Assembly (NCBI GenBank): GCA_964016885.1
Contig: OZ024743.1
Location: forward strand, 171,678,001-171,742,000
Direction of reading: 5' to 3'
Length of the DNA stretch: 64,000 bases
From: Eledone cirrhosa
Taxonomy: Eukaryota
A program made the position numbers and the translations under genes. The stretch's first letter is position 1. The number at the start of each line of letters is the position of its first letter. Below the pieces are notes generated by a model. The model was given only the letters and a program-made list of their open reading frames with translations. It did not search any database and was not told where the DNA came from. Shown here piece by piece: positions 1-11,450 of the stretch.

Positions 1-1452
1 CCAACAGCGTCGTCGGGCGCTGGACGGACGGACCGATTAAATTGCTAGGGGTCTGGTTCGGTCCGGACCTCCAGACGGACAAAAACTGGGACGAGGTGAC
101 GAGCAGGGTGGCTTCTCTCACCCAGAAATGGGCAGAGAGGAACCTATCCCTGAAAGGTCGAGCGGAGGTGGCTAACGAGTACATCGCGTCCGTCATCTAC
201 TACCGCCTGACCGTCGTACCTTGTCCTAAGCCCCGCCTGACTGCGCGGAGCGTTTGCTCTTTCGCTTTTTGTGGAAGGGACGCGCTCCGATGGTCAGGCG
301 GTCCATCCGCTGTCAACACCCGCTACGTGGAAGGCTGGGCATGCCGTGGCTGATGATGCGCAGACACGCGCTCAGGCTACGACATCTCCACCTCTTCCTC
401 GACGGTGATCAGGTGTGGTCGCCGTTTGCTAGACACGTCTTTCCCCAGCTCGTCTCCTTGACGCAGCTGCTGTCCTGGGTCAAGCGAAGACCGAGAGGGA
501 GAGCTTGGAGACTGGAATGTCTTCAGGCACTCACAGCCCTCGACCAATCGGGCAATGTGATCGGTGGAAACTCCACCTTGGCGTTCTATAGAGGATTAGT
601 GGAGGGGAAGAGCGACGACGTACTTGGAGAAACTCTAGGCGTCGACGAAAATCAACTAGCCAATCTTTTCGGAAGGACTTTCGGGCCGGGGCCTATGGAC
701 AACTTCCAGAAATCCCTGGCCTGGCAGTGCTACCGAGGAGCTTTGCCAGTTCGGGATAAACTCTACAGGCATGGAAGTGCCGTCAGACGGGCATGTCCTA
801 GATGCGCGCAGGGCGACGAAACCGTCCTGCACGCATTCGTCCAGTGTCCGAGCATTGCTGACTTGTGGGTTTATGTCGAACACCTACTGTCACGTGTAGG
901 ACGGATCCGGCTATCAGCTGAGTCCATCGTGAGGATTGCCCCGCCGCCTTCCTTTAGTCGGGAAGGGCAGGCAGTTTTTATCTGTCTGGTGGCCATGGCG
1001 AAAGAGATAGTATGGTGGACACGTTTGAAAGGGCTGAAGACGTGCACTTACCTCTTCGGTGATGCCCTAATTAACTTTTTCAAATTTCATTTGAAAAGGA
1101 AAATCAGGGTAGAGAGTGAAGTGCTCTCTTCCCAGCATTTTGTTGAAAGATGGGTGAGAGAAGCATGTATGGCCCGAGTGAATGGACCTACTCTGAGTAT
1201 GTGTCTGTAAATTGAAGGTGGAAAACTGGGAGAGGGCACTTGCCCTAGTGGTCAGGGTCACTGTGGTCTTTTAATGGGCTTTCTCCACAAATATCCCTCG
1301 GAAGTCTCCACCCTATTGGAGAATTTTTCTTTGTTATTTTATTACATCCTCTGTTTTTTTACACGCAGAAATGCCCATTTGTACCGTCCTGTATTGTCCT
1401 GTACTGTCCTTAATGTCTACTTTATGTAAACCCTTGTGGTTAATAAAGAAAA

Positions 1453-1453
<1 letters not shown>
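1..1453 (+). mobile_element. 3' part of Tx1-clade (L1-group) non-LTR retrotransposon, (ATT)n-tailed family
   Basis: ORFs 42-353 and 254-1210 give the post-RT region (LGVWFG, LSLKGRAEV, GGLGMP-like) and CCHC motif CPRC..ETVLHAFVQC, with one frameshift; 3'UTR ends in stem-loop, AATAAA, (ATT)n. Confidence 0.9.

Positions 1454-1488
<35 letters not shown>
1454..1488. repeat. (ATT)n microsatellite shared by the 3' ends of a Tx1 (+) and an R4 (-) element
   Basis: direct reading. Confidence 0.95.
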
Positions 1489-1489
<1 letters not shown>

Positions 1490-1499
1490 TTCATTATTT

Positions 1500-3375
1500 T
1501 TATGTTATTTCGTTTAACTTAGTTCTGTTTCTCTATTGCCGGGTTCAGGCCTTAAACCGGGGGCAATAGATGTTTTCATTGTAGACAGAATAGATATTTT
1601 TATCATCTGAGAATGTGTGCCGATCTTCTGTAACTCATATTTGCTGATATTGGGTGCAATTTTGGGAATTTCAGTATTAATCATAATGTTCCAATTACCA
1701 CAGAGATAGTTTTTGTCGTCATCCTCCACATGCCGTTGATCTCTATTTCCAGGTCTTTGTAGTTTGAAAGTTTTTCCATTGTTTTTATTAATGTATTCTT
1801 GTCATCTAGTACGGAAATATTTATAAGGTTACTTATCCGATCTATTATTTTTAAGGTGATATCTGCTCTGTTGGCAGCGATTTCTCAGTCGGTTATCACA
1901 GGCATATCCCACAAGATGGATAAGTTGCCCTTTTCCATGACTGTTTTTGGTTGATGTTCATACCATTTGTCAAAGGATTTGATGTCATGTGAGCGGCGTA
2001 TCTTCCTGTGTACACATTTGGCAATGCGGTTGTGTCTTTCGATATAGTCAGATTTTGCCAGCTCAGGATACCCGGATATAACATCATCTACCGTTTCTTC
2101 ATGTTTGTAGCATATTTGCATAGAGGGCTAGCCCCGTCTTTCACTATTCTGTGTCTTTATGCCCGAGTGTTTAGAGATTGGTCTTGTACTGAGTCCCCCA
2201 GTCTCTGCTTTCAAACCAACACTTCTGAGCCAGGATAGTGAGCCATGCTGAGCGATATCATTGTCAGAAAGTCGTTATGAAATCTACCATGCAGTGATAT
2301 TGCCTTCCATTTTTCTATTAACGGTTTAGTTGCTCATGTTTGGAGTTTCTTTGATCTTCACAGTCATATCTAGCTGTGCAGCACTCTGTTGTTTATTTTC
2401 TATGGGTATGTCTTGTTCCATGTTCAGGTTTTGCCTAAATTTTCTTGCTTCTTTTGTTATTGAGTGTAGTTTCTTAATTCATCCATGCTTGAGTACACGC
2501 ATAGGGAGCTCATCTCGGGTGTGGTGGAGGTGGCTATACAATCCAATGGTTGCTGTTTTGTATGCAGCTTCAAGTTGTCGGAGCCCCCTTCCACCTTCTC
2601 TCCTTGAGATATACAGCCTATGTACATCAGCTTTAGGGTGGTGCTTTTTTCCGTTGTCAATAGTTTTCTTGTCTTAGTGTCCAGCCTTTGTCGTTCTTGC
2701 AGGTTCCAGTTCATAATGTTAAAGCTGTATGTTACAATTGGTACTGTTAGACTGTTAATTGCTTTGAACTTGTATGAGGTTAGCTCACTTTTTGTTACTT
2801 TTGTTACCAATCTCACCCTCCTTATGTACTTTTTCCGTATCTTTTCCTTTATACTTGCATGTTGAATTCCATCTCCTTCATTAACTCCAAGATATTTGTA
2901 GAACTCTTTATTGTTAAGTTACATTATGGTGGTTTGTTGGTCTATGATAATATTTTTATGGTTAGAGAGCAAACCTCTCTTGAATGTAGCTTTTGTACAC
3001 TTGTCCAGTCCAAATTACTTGATATCCATATAAAGATGGTGACTGTAGTGTTTGTTGTCTACTTTATAACCATAGCCTGTCCTCCGCAGTAACTGACTTA
3101 GCGGAGCAAATGACATATAGAATAGCAAAGGGGACAATGAGTCGCCTTGGAATATTCCAAGATTAATCTGTTTAGATTCCAGTGGTCCGTTGTTGTAGTG
3201 TTGAAGGACCATCGTAGTTTTCCAGTCTATAATCATTGCCTTCAGGAAAGTTGTGATCTCAGGTGCTATGTGATACCTTTCTAGTGTCTTTATGATCGAT
3301 GAATGAGGTACGCTGTCGAATGCCTCCTTGTAGTCTATACAGGCCATTGACAAGTTTTTCTTATTCTGTTTGCAG
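1500..3375 (-). mobile_element. Degraded, 5'-truncated R4/Dong-clade non-LTR retrotransposon (RT + restriction-like endonuclease)
   Basis: Fragments IDYKEAFDSVPHS, GIFQGDSLSPLLF, HHLYMD, CYKHEETVDDVISG, WYEHQP..ILWDMPVITD; collinear with the 9158-11344 protein; ends in (TAA)n on the minus strand. Confidence 0.85.
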
Positions 3376-3695
3376 TTTTCTTTATTGGCCACAAGGGCTA
3401 ACACAAAGAAAAACATTACAGACGGCACAGAACGGTACAGGACGATACGAGTTGGGTTTTGGTCGTGTAAAAAAGGATATAACAAGAAGATAGAAATATC
3501 GAGTGTCACTCGTGGCGAAAACCACACAAAAGTCCACGGCCACCCTGACCACCAGAGCAAGCGCCCTCTCTCAGTTTTCCACTCCTCAGTCTACAAGCGC
3601 ATACACAGAGCAGGCCCGTTCACTCGAACCAGACTCGCCACTTTCACCCACCTTTCAACAAACTTACTAGAAGACAGCACTGTCTCTCCACCCTG
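3376..3695 (-). mobile_element. Short 5'-truncated Tx1 copy (ORF2 end + 3'UTR)
   Basis: Minus strand encodes ..ERWVKVASLVRVNGP..; 3'UTR resembles 1211-1453 and ends gcc-cttgt-ggcc-aataaagaaaac. Confidence 0.8.
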
Positions 3696-3699
3696 ATTT

Positions 3700-6600
3700 T
3701 CCTTCATTTATTGGCCATAGAGGCCGATATATAGGGGACAATACAACAGGCTCGGGAAGAGTGGATTTTACATAAAAATCGAGTAAAAAATGGGAAAACA
3801 ATAACAATAAACAAGAAAAATACAATGAAAATTCCCAATAGGGGGATAACTCCACAGGGTTGATTCAGGGGCAACTGTCTCCTCAAATTCACCAGCCTAC
3901 AGGCGCACGATCAGAGTAAGCCCACTCAATGTCCGGCTCGAAAGTCCTACGGAACAAACTGGTTTAGTTCGACTTCGTCGACGCGCAGAGCCTCTCCGAG
4001 TGCGTCGTCTCACTTGCTCACCACTAATCCTCTATAGAACTCGAGTGTTGAAGATTTACTGACCACATTGCCCGCCTGGTAGAGGGCAATGAATGCCTGG
4101 CAACATTCCCGATGCCAGGCACCCAGTCTCGGACTCTTCTTGACTCAGGGCTGCAGCTGAGTCAAAGAGACGGGGTGCGGAAAAGCCCGTCTGACAAACG
4201 GCGACCACACCTGTTCACCGTTTAGGCAGAATATCTGGAGAAGCCGCAGCCTCAGCGGATGTCTGCGCATCATTATCCACGGCATGCCCAGCCCTCCACG
4301 TAGAAGGTGCTGGCAGTAGATGGACCGCCACAACAACGAAACATGTCCCCTCCACAATAATTTGAAGAAGAGCCGTTCCAGCTTGGCGAGGCGTGGACGG
4401 GGGCGGCCAGGAGGTAGTAGATGACAGACGCGATGTACGTGTTCGCCACCTCCACCCGACCTTTCAGTGATAATTTCCTCGCAGCTCATTTCTGGGTGAG
4501 ACTGGCTAACATGCCCGGCACATCGCCCCAATTCTTATCCACCTGGAGGTCTGGCCCGAACCAAACACGAGCAACTTTACCGGTCCATCCGTCCAGTGCC
4601 CTACGACGCTGTTTGACGGCATGGACTTGCTTCTGCAGGTGCCGAGTTGCAAGCCCACCGACTTTTCCGGGTTAAGTTTCGCTCACTTCAACCTTTCATA
4701 TTCCTCCAATAATGTGTCGACCTCTTCGATTTCCGAGGTGTCCGAACCATCACGGTGATGTCGTCCGCATATGCCGACACAACCTTTCCGCGTCCTGGTT
4801 CGAGCGGGATGCCCTGCTTCAGCTCCAGCTTCCGTAGTAAAGGCTCGAGAGAGGAGAGAGGGCACCGTTGACGGACAAATCGGGGGATCTGAAACGGTTC
4901 CAGAGGTCACCATTAATTTTAAACACCGAGCTGATGCTGCTGGGCATTGCAGTGATCCAGCTTCTGAAGACGGGGCCTAAGCCAGCTGCCTTGAGGACAG
5001 TCTCCAGGTACCGATGGTCGACCCTATCGAATGCTTTCGATTGATCTAAATTGATCAGAGCCCCACCGAAATCAGGTGTTCACCCTACCCTCTCTAAGAT
5101 GAATCTCATGAGGTGGATGTTGCATTGTATGGACCTGGTCGGGATTGAGCAAATTTGCACCTCCCCAACCAAATCCTCGACGACAAGCCCCAACCACTTC
5201 GCTAACACCTTGGTCAAAATCTTAAACTCTGTGTTGAGCAGAGTTATGGGCTTAAAATTATCTAATGTGTCCCTCTTGTTCCTTATCAGCGTCACCACGC
5301 CCCGGCTCACAGAACTGGGAATACTCTCGTTCTGCTGCCAGTTGCAGTAGAGCGCTTCGATCGGAGAACAAGTCTGGCATATTTACGTAAAGCTCATAAG
5401 GGCAGACCATCCAAACCGGGTGACTTGCGCCTCGTGCAGCCGACAATGGCATCCTGAATTTCAGCTGAAGTTATCGACCTCTCAGCGTCGGTCGTCGAGG
5501 TAGGGACTGAAGTCCGCCACCGTCTCTGACCTGCCGCTTCCCTCTAACAACCAAGAAAAATGCTGGCGAAAGGCCTCACACATCCGCATGGAATCGCTCA
5601 GCTCGTGTCCGTCTAGGTCCGTCAAAGACCGAATTGTGGTTTTATTACCATGCTGCGCTTCTGCCACGCGGTCCCATTGAACAGTTTTGGTTCCAACGTT
5701 TCTCAGAGCACACATCTTCGTGTTTCGTATTCAAGAAATGATCTAATGCCATTCTCGCACTAGCACATCAGTGGCAACGACACTACTAATAGCCATGTCT
5801 AACCTATCGACCAGCTCCCCCTCCTTTCTATTTTTCTCTAACGCTACTTCTTTGCTAAACCCTATCGAAATTACTGTAATCTCTCTTTTGAGAGCCGCCC
5901 TCACCATCTGTTGTTGATGACCCTCCCCTGTCAACTTTTGCTTAAATAAATTGTTGACCCGGTCCCTGTTAGCCTTACATGCCGGAAACGACAAGTTCAA
6001 CTTCCAGTAACCAGGTCCTAACCTACGCAGCGTATCTAGATCAACCATACAGATTACAAATTTGTGGTCTGCACAGGTGACCGTATGTAATTGTGGGCAA
6101 CCTATAATATCTATATCCAATAATCTAATTAGAAACCTATCCAAGTACGATCTAGATGTCCCTAAACGGTTTGTTCCGGTCTACACTGGTGCTCTGGGAG
6201 AATCTAGTCGGTACCTGTCAGACAGTTGCAACTGGCTGATCAGGTACTTCAGCCTTTTGCACCCCGACTCATATAGGCTATACCCACACAATCCCAGCGT
6301 GCGTCTAATATGCCGTTCCAGTCACCCGCTAAGACGAACCCAGAAAGGTTTCCAGGCGCCAAAAGAAGTCCGACCGTCCGGCCCCGGTAGGGGCGTGGAC
6401 GGCCACCAGTCAAAAGGCACCACTTTGGCTATTGTTCACATCCAGGACCACCAATTTACCGTCCGGGTCCCGGAAGATCGACCTTACCTCGAGATCCAGG
6501 CCTTTCCTAAACAACACTGCCAACCCTACCTACCATTCCCGGCCGACTAACAGATGCGAAGATCTGATAGTCGTTAAAAATTGGGGCTAGTGCGTGCGTG

Positions 6601-8960
6601 TCGGAAATCCTGGTCTCGCTGACGGCAATTACATCCATTTCTGGAGACCTGAGGTCATTGAGTAGGTGATTCTGCTTCTAGGGTGACCCCAAGCCACGAA
6701 CATTTAAACATCCTACGCTTAATATGGTCATTTTGGTAGACTAAAGGAGAGATGAAAGGTTTACTTACCTCCCGGGGTCTTGTGGAGGTCGGGAAGTTTG
6801 ACCTCTATGGTTGGTGGGGTTTCCATTGGGAACCTTTTTAGGAACCTACTCGGGCCTTTTAAATTTTGGGCTGCCACGTCTTCGGAAAAGCTTTCCCTAA
6901 TATGTTTATAAGTTTGTATTGGCATCAGCACAGTGTTTGGGGCACTTTGAAGGTGCCAAAAATCTCTCCCTCTTTCTCAATGTCCTTACTTCGTGTTACA
7001 AAGGCCATGAGTTGTTTGTTGGCCTTCCTTAGTAACACGAAGTTGGGTGTGTCTGTTGTTGTTAGTGTCTACGTGTGATTTCTTTTGTTTTGGATGACTT
7101 TTGCTTGTGCCGGTGTTGTTGACGGTTGTAGAGTTTGTGTTGCTGTGGGTGTGTTTTGTGTGCTTGTTGGTGTGTGTGGAGCTGGAATTTTCGTTTTCTT
7201 TTTATGCCTTCTTTTTTCCTTTTTAGGTTTTTGGGGTTTCCCCTCATCTTCACTCGGAGAAGTGAAGGAACTCGTGCCTGGGGACTCTGTGTCAGAGGGG
7301 TGTGGTGTGTGCGTTTTGCTCTGTTTGTATGTGTTTGAAAGAAGGGGGAGGATGGATTTAATTGTCCTTGTTGTTAATGGTGCAGTTTCATTTTCTGTTG
7401 CTGCTAGTGTTGTCCCTCCTCCCGACACCGGTGGTGGCAGCAACGGAGGTTTGCGGCCGCCTGCAGTTTTCAATTGGGAGCAAAAGTCTCTCATGTGTGT
7501 GGCTTGACCACACACGAAACAATGCGGATGTTTGCCCCTCATGATTACCTGGATTTTGTACCCGTCCGGTAGTTTTATGTGGTCCGGTATGTTTTTTCTG
7601 TCTTCAGGTCTGATTTGGAGAAGAATCTCTAAACCAGTCCCGAAACACCTCTCTCTCTTTTTGTAAATCTAACGTCGAGGAGGGCGTCAGGGCTCTCTAC
7701 CGCCACGCATCCCAGGAGTCACCATAAATCAAGTTCTCGCGGAATCCTGGGAACACGGTCCCTTACTGTTCTCATTCCATGTAGGAGGGGTACAAAATGA
7801 TTTGGTCCGTTTTGCAGGGGACCACAGAATGCTTTATAGCAAGGGTCTCAGTTCTGAAAAGCACCAAGCTGCTCCCAAATTGTCTGACCCTTGTTATATG
7901 GTCTATGTCGTCATTATCGATACATTTCAGTGCTGCTTCTACCTGTCCTTCGGAAGTAGTCTTAGCGTTTTGAGATTTGACCGAAATGCATCGATATTTT
8001 AGTACTGTCCTCTTCTTTGCTGCCATTACCTCTTCCAGGACATTTCAATTGGCCCAACCTTTTTCTTCTCTTGTTATAAATGTTTCAGCTTAGGCCAAAC
8101 GTTCTTTTTTCTCTGTAAGGTCGAAATCGTGTAGCGTTTGGCTTTTTGCTACTTTGGCCGCGAAAGTATCCTTTTTGTTGTTGCTGTTTTGCTGTTTTTC
8201 GTTGACTATATTGTTGTTAGCGTTGTCGTCGTTCTTGTTGTTGTTGGTGGTGGTGGTGTTGCTTTTGTTTTTGTTGTCGTTGTTCTTGTTGGTCTTGTTG
8301 CTGTTATCACTGTTACAGTTGGTTATATCTTTGGTGCCGCTGTTATTGTTCTCGTGCAGTTGGTGTAGTTGCTGTTGTTGCTCTTGCTGTTCATGTTCTT
8401 GCTAGTGGTGTTAATTTCGTTGTTGTTTTTGTTTTGCCTTTCATCCTCACGGAGTCGATAAAATAAAGTACCAGTAATGTACTGCGTTATTGCTGGCCTT
8501 GTGCCTAAAGTAGAAACAATTATTTCTTGCGTCTGACTTTTGGTTGTCGCTGTTATTGCTGAGGTTAGTGTTGTCGTTTTTTGTTTAAGGGTATTGTTCT
8601 CACTATTGGTGTTGTTGCTGCAACTGTTCATGTTGCTTGTGGCGGTGTTGCTAAATGTGTTTGTAGTGTAAATCAATGTATTTGCCGCTTGTCTCTTCTC
8701 AACATTTAGGACGCTGTCACACGACGGCAGACATAAAGTGGGGACTCAGCCATGCTTTTTTTTTTTTTCGAGAATTTTATTTTCAGGAAGTTCAAATATT
8801 TGGGCAAAAAGGCCCAAATATTATACAGTCACCCCTCCACAGGGCAAAGACGGAAGTCTTACGACCCTTTTCAAGGTATACAGGAATTATTATAAATGAA
8901 AATAAACAGAAAATTTACCACTTTGCGGATTCTAAAGAGACGTCTACACTGTCTGACAGC
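3700..8960 (-). mobile_element. Near full-length but decayed Tx1-clade LINE (family C)
   Basis: ORF1 remnants 6760-8680 with zinc knuckle CFVCGQATHMRDFC; ORF2 from ~6731 with APE endonuclease (DRFLI, DHKFV, GPGYWKLN) and RT (FKPITLLNTEFKIL); many frameshifts and stops. Confidence 0.85.
8432..8524 (+). mobile_element. 5'-truncated Nin/Deu-domain SINE inserted antisense in Tx1 ORF1
   Basis: gcctttcatcc..gtcgataaaataaagtaccag core; same family as 28506-28697. Confidence 0.8.
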
Positions 8961-8961
8961 C

Positions 8962-9026
<65 letters not shown>

Positions 9027-9043
9027 TAATAATAATAACAATA
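8962..9043. repeat. (AAT)n microsatellite
   Basis: direct reading. Confidence 0.95.
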
Positions 9044-9044
9044 A

Positions 9045-11420
9045 CTAAAACATTCTGGAGAGGAATATGGGAGCAGGATGTTAGACATAATGCCCAGGCA
9101 GGGTGGATTGAGACAGTACAGAGGGAGATCGGTGAGCAGGCACAACAACAAACTGATTTGAGTATCACAGTTGAAACTCTTAAGGGGCAGGCCAAAAAAC
9201 TAACCAACTGGAAATCACCAGGCCCAGATGGTGTGCAGGGGTATTGGATTAAACATTTAACATCCCTCCACCCGAAGCTGACGGCCATGTTCAATGACTG
9301 CTTGGTGTCGGGGGAGGTGCCAGAGTGGTTGACAAAAGGTACCACAGTTCTGATAATGAAAGACCGAATCAAGGGTAATGATGTTACCAACTATAGACCT
9401 ATCACATGTCTGTCCGTAATGTGGAAACTGTTGACGAGCATTGTGTCTGAGGAAATCTACCATCACCTCCACACAAACAACTTGTTACCGGACGAACAGA
9501 AAGGATGCCGAAAGAAGTCACGTGGTACAAAGGACCAGTTACTTATTGATAAGATGGTAATGGGGAATTGCAGGAGGAGACACACTGATCTTGCCATGGG
9601 ATGGATAGACTACAGAAAGGCATTTGACATGGTGCCTCATTCTTGGATCACCAAAAGCCTGGAGATCTTCAGGGTGGCAGATAACATCAGACAGTTGCTG
9701 GGCAGGAGTATGGGGTCCTGGGAGACAGAGTTGAAATCAACTGGAGTATCCTTGGGAAGCGTGAAGATCAAGAGAGGTATCTTCCAGGGAGATAGCCTGT
9801 CCCCTCTGTTGTTTGTCCTTGCCCTAATGCCCTTGACCATTATGCTGCGAAAAGTGAGAGCAGGATACAAGTTGGGAAGGGGAGAGCTTACCATCAATCA
9901 CCTCCTCTTCATGGACGATCTTAAGCTCTTCGGGAAAAGTGAGGAGTTGGATGTGCTTGTTGACACTGTCCGTATTTTCAGCAATGATATATGTATGCAG
10001 TTTGGTATTGGTAAATGTGGAGTCATTGTGATGAGGAGGGGTAGGTTGAGCAGAAGTAGCGGGATCCAGATACCAACAGGTAAGATGATAAAGGAAATTG
10101 ACTCTGAGGAAGGATACAAGTATCTGGGCGTTCTGGAGGCTGATGGCATAAAGAACAAAAGAATGAAGGAATTGTTAAGAACTGAATACATTCGGAGAGT
10201 AAGGAGCGTATTGAAGTCACATCTTAACAGCAGAAATGCCATAAGCGCAGTAAATTCCCGAGCTGTGTCTATTATTAGGTACAGTGCGGGAATTCTGAGA
10301 TGGAATGTTGCTGAACAAAAAGAAATGGATAGGAAGACTAGGAAGCTATTGACTATCTACAACATGTTCCACAAGAGGAGTGATGTCGATAGACTCTACC
10401 TAAGGAGATCTGAGGGTGGAAGAGGTCTTATCAGCATAGAGGACTGTGTTCAGATGGAGAAAAACAACCTATACAAATACGTGACCTATAGTAAGGAGCC
10501 AATGCTCAGAACTGTACTGAAGGAGGGGACAGTAGGCCAGGGGATGTCCAAGGAGGAAATAACATCAAGGAGGAAGAGCAGCCTTAAGGGAAAATCCCTT
10601 CATAGTACCTTCTTTGAGAAAACTGAATTTAGAGATCCACAGACATGGAACTGGTTGAGAAGAGGAGACCTCAAAAAGGCTACAGAAGGAATGATAATGG
10701 CTGCGCAGGAGCAGGCCCTCAAAACGAAGTGGTTGAAGCACCATATTTACAAGGAGGAGGCTAGCCCACTGTGCAGGATCTGTGGAGAGAGAGAGGAGAC
10801 TGTGGCTCACATTGTGTCCGAGTGTAAACACCTAGCCCAGACCCACTATAAGGGCTGGAGACACGATGTGATGGGCAGGGTGATCCACTGGCACCTGTGC
10901 AAAGTAAACAATTTACCACATTCTGAGAAATGGTATGAGCATAGGCCGGAGGCGGTGATGGAGTACAATCAGGTGAAGGTGCTGTGGGATTTTAGGATAC
11001 AGACGGACAAAAAACTGGAACACAATAGACCTGACCTGGTGGTTGTGGACAAAGAAAAAAGATCGTGTCTGATTGTGGATGTGGCCTGCCCGTTCGACAC
11101 GAGATTGCAAGAGAAGGAGAGGGAGAAAATTAACCGATACCAGGACCTAAAGTGGGAGGTGAAAAGGATTTGGAACTGCCATGAAGTCAAAGTGATCCCG
11201 ATTGTCATAGGCGCACTGGGGACTATCTCCAAAAGTTTCCAGGGATGGTTAAAGAAAATCGGCCCCTTCACGCTTTTTGGAACGCTTCAAAAGGCATGCT
11301 TGCTTGGAACAGCAAGAACCCTCCGATACGTCCTGAATATCTGAGGCTGCAGGTAGTGGCTTGATATTCAATCCAACGGACTTTCCAGTTAACCAACATC
11401 AATGACTGAGATTCAAGGAA
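9045..11420 (+). mobile_element. 5'-truncated R4/Dong-clade retrotransposon flanked by (AAT)n on both sides
   Basis: RT+RLE ORF; (AAT)n at 8962-9043 and 11420-11450, matching the known (TAA)n specificity of Dong. Confidence 0.9.
9158..11344 (+). CDS. Uninterrupted reverse transcriptase + CCHC zinc knuckle + PD-(D/E)xK restriction-like endonuclease (N-terminus missing)
   Basis: KSPGPDG, NYRPITCL, IDYRKAFD, GIFQGDSLSP, LFMDD, CRICGEREETVAHIVSEC, RPDLVV..VDVACP..EKINRY. Confidence 0.9.
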   Translation: MSITVETLKGQAKKLTNWKSPGPDGVQGYWIKHLTSLHPKLTAMFNDCLVSGEVPEWLTKGTTVLIMKDRIKGNDVTNYRPITCLSVMWKLLTSIVSEEIYHHLHTNNLLPDEQKGCRKKSRGTKDQLLIDKMVMGNCRRRHTDLAMGWIDYRKAFDMVPHSWITKSLEIFRVADNIRQLLGRSMGSWETELKSTGVSLGSVKIKRGIFQGDSLSPLLFVLALMPLTIMLRKVRAGYKLGRGELTINHLLFMDDLKLFGKSEELDVLVDTVRIFSNDICMQFGIGKCGVIVMRRGRLSRSSGIQIPTGKMIKEIDSEEGYKYLGVLEADGIKNKRMKELLRTEYIRRVRSVLKSHLNSRNAISAVNSRAVSIIRYSAGILRWNVAEQKEMDRKTRKLLTIYNMFHKRSDVDRLYLRRSEGGRGLISIEDCVQMEKNNLYKYVTYSKEPMLRTVLKEGTVGQGMSKEEITSRRKSSLKGKSLHSTFFEKTEFRDPQTWNWLRRGDLKKATEGMIMAAQEQALKTKWLKHHIYKEEASPLCRICGEREETVAHIVSECKHLAQTHYKGWRHDVMGRVIHWHLCKVNNLPHSEKWYEHRPEAVMEYNQVKVLWDFRIQTDKKLEHNRPDLVVVDKEKRSCLIVDVACPFDTRLQEKEREKINRYQDLKWEVKRIWNCHEVKVIPIVIGALGTISKSFQGWLKKIGPFTLFGTLQKACLLGTARTLRYVLNI

Positions 11421-11450
11421 TAACAACAATAATAATAATAATAATAATAA

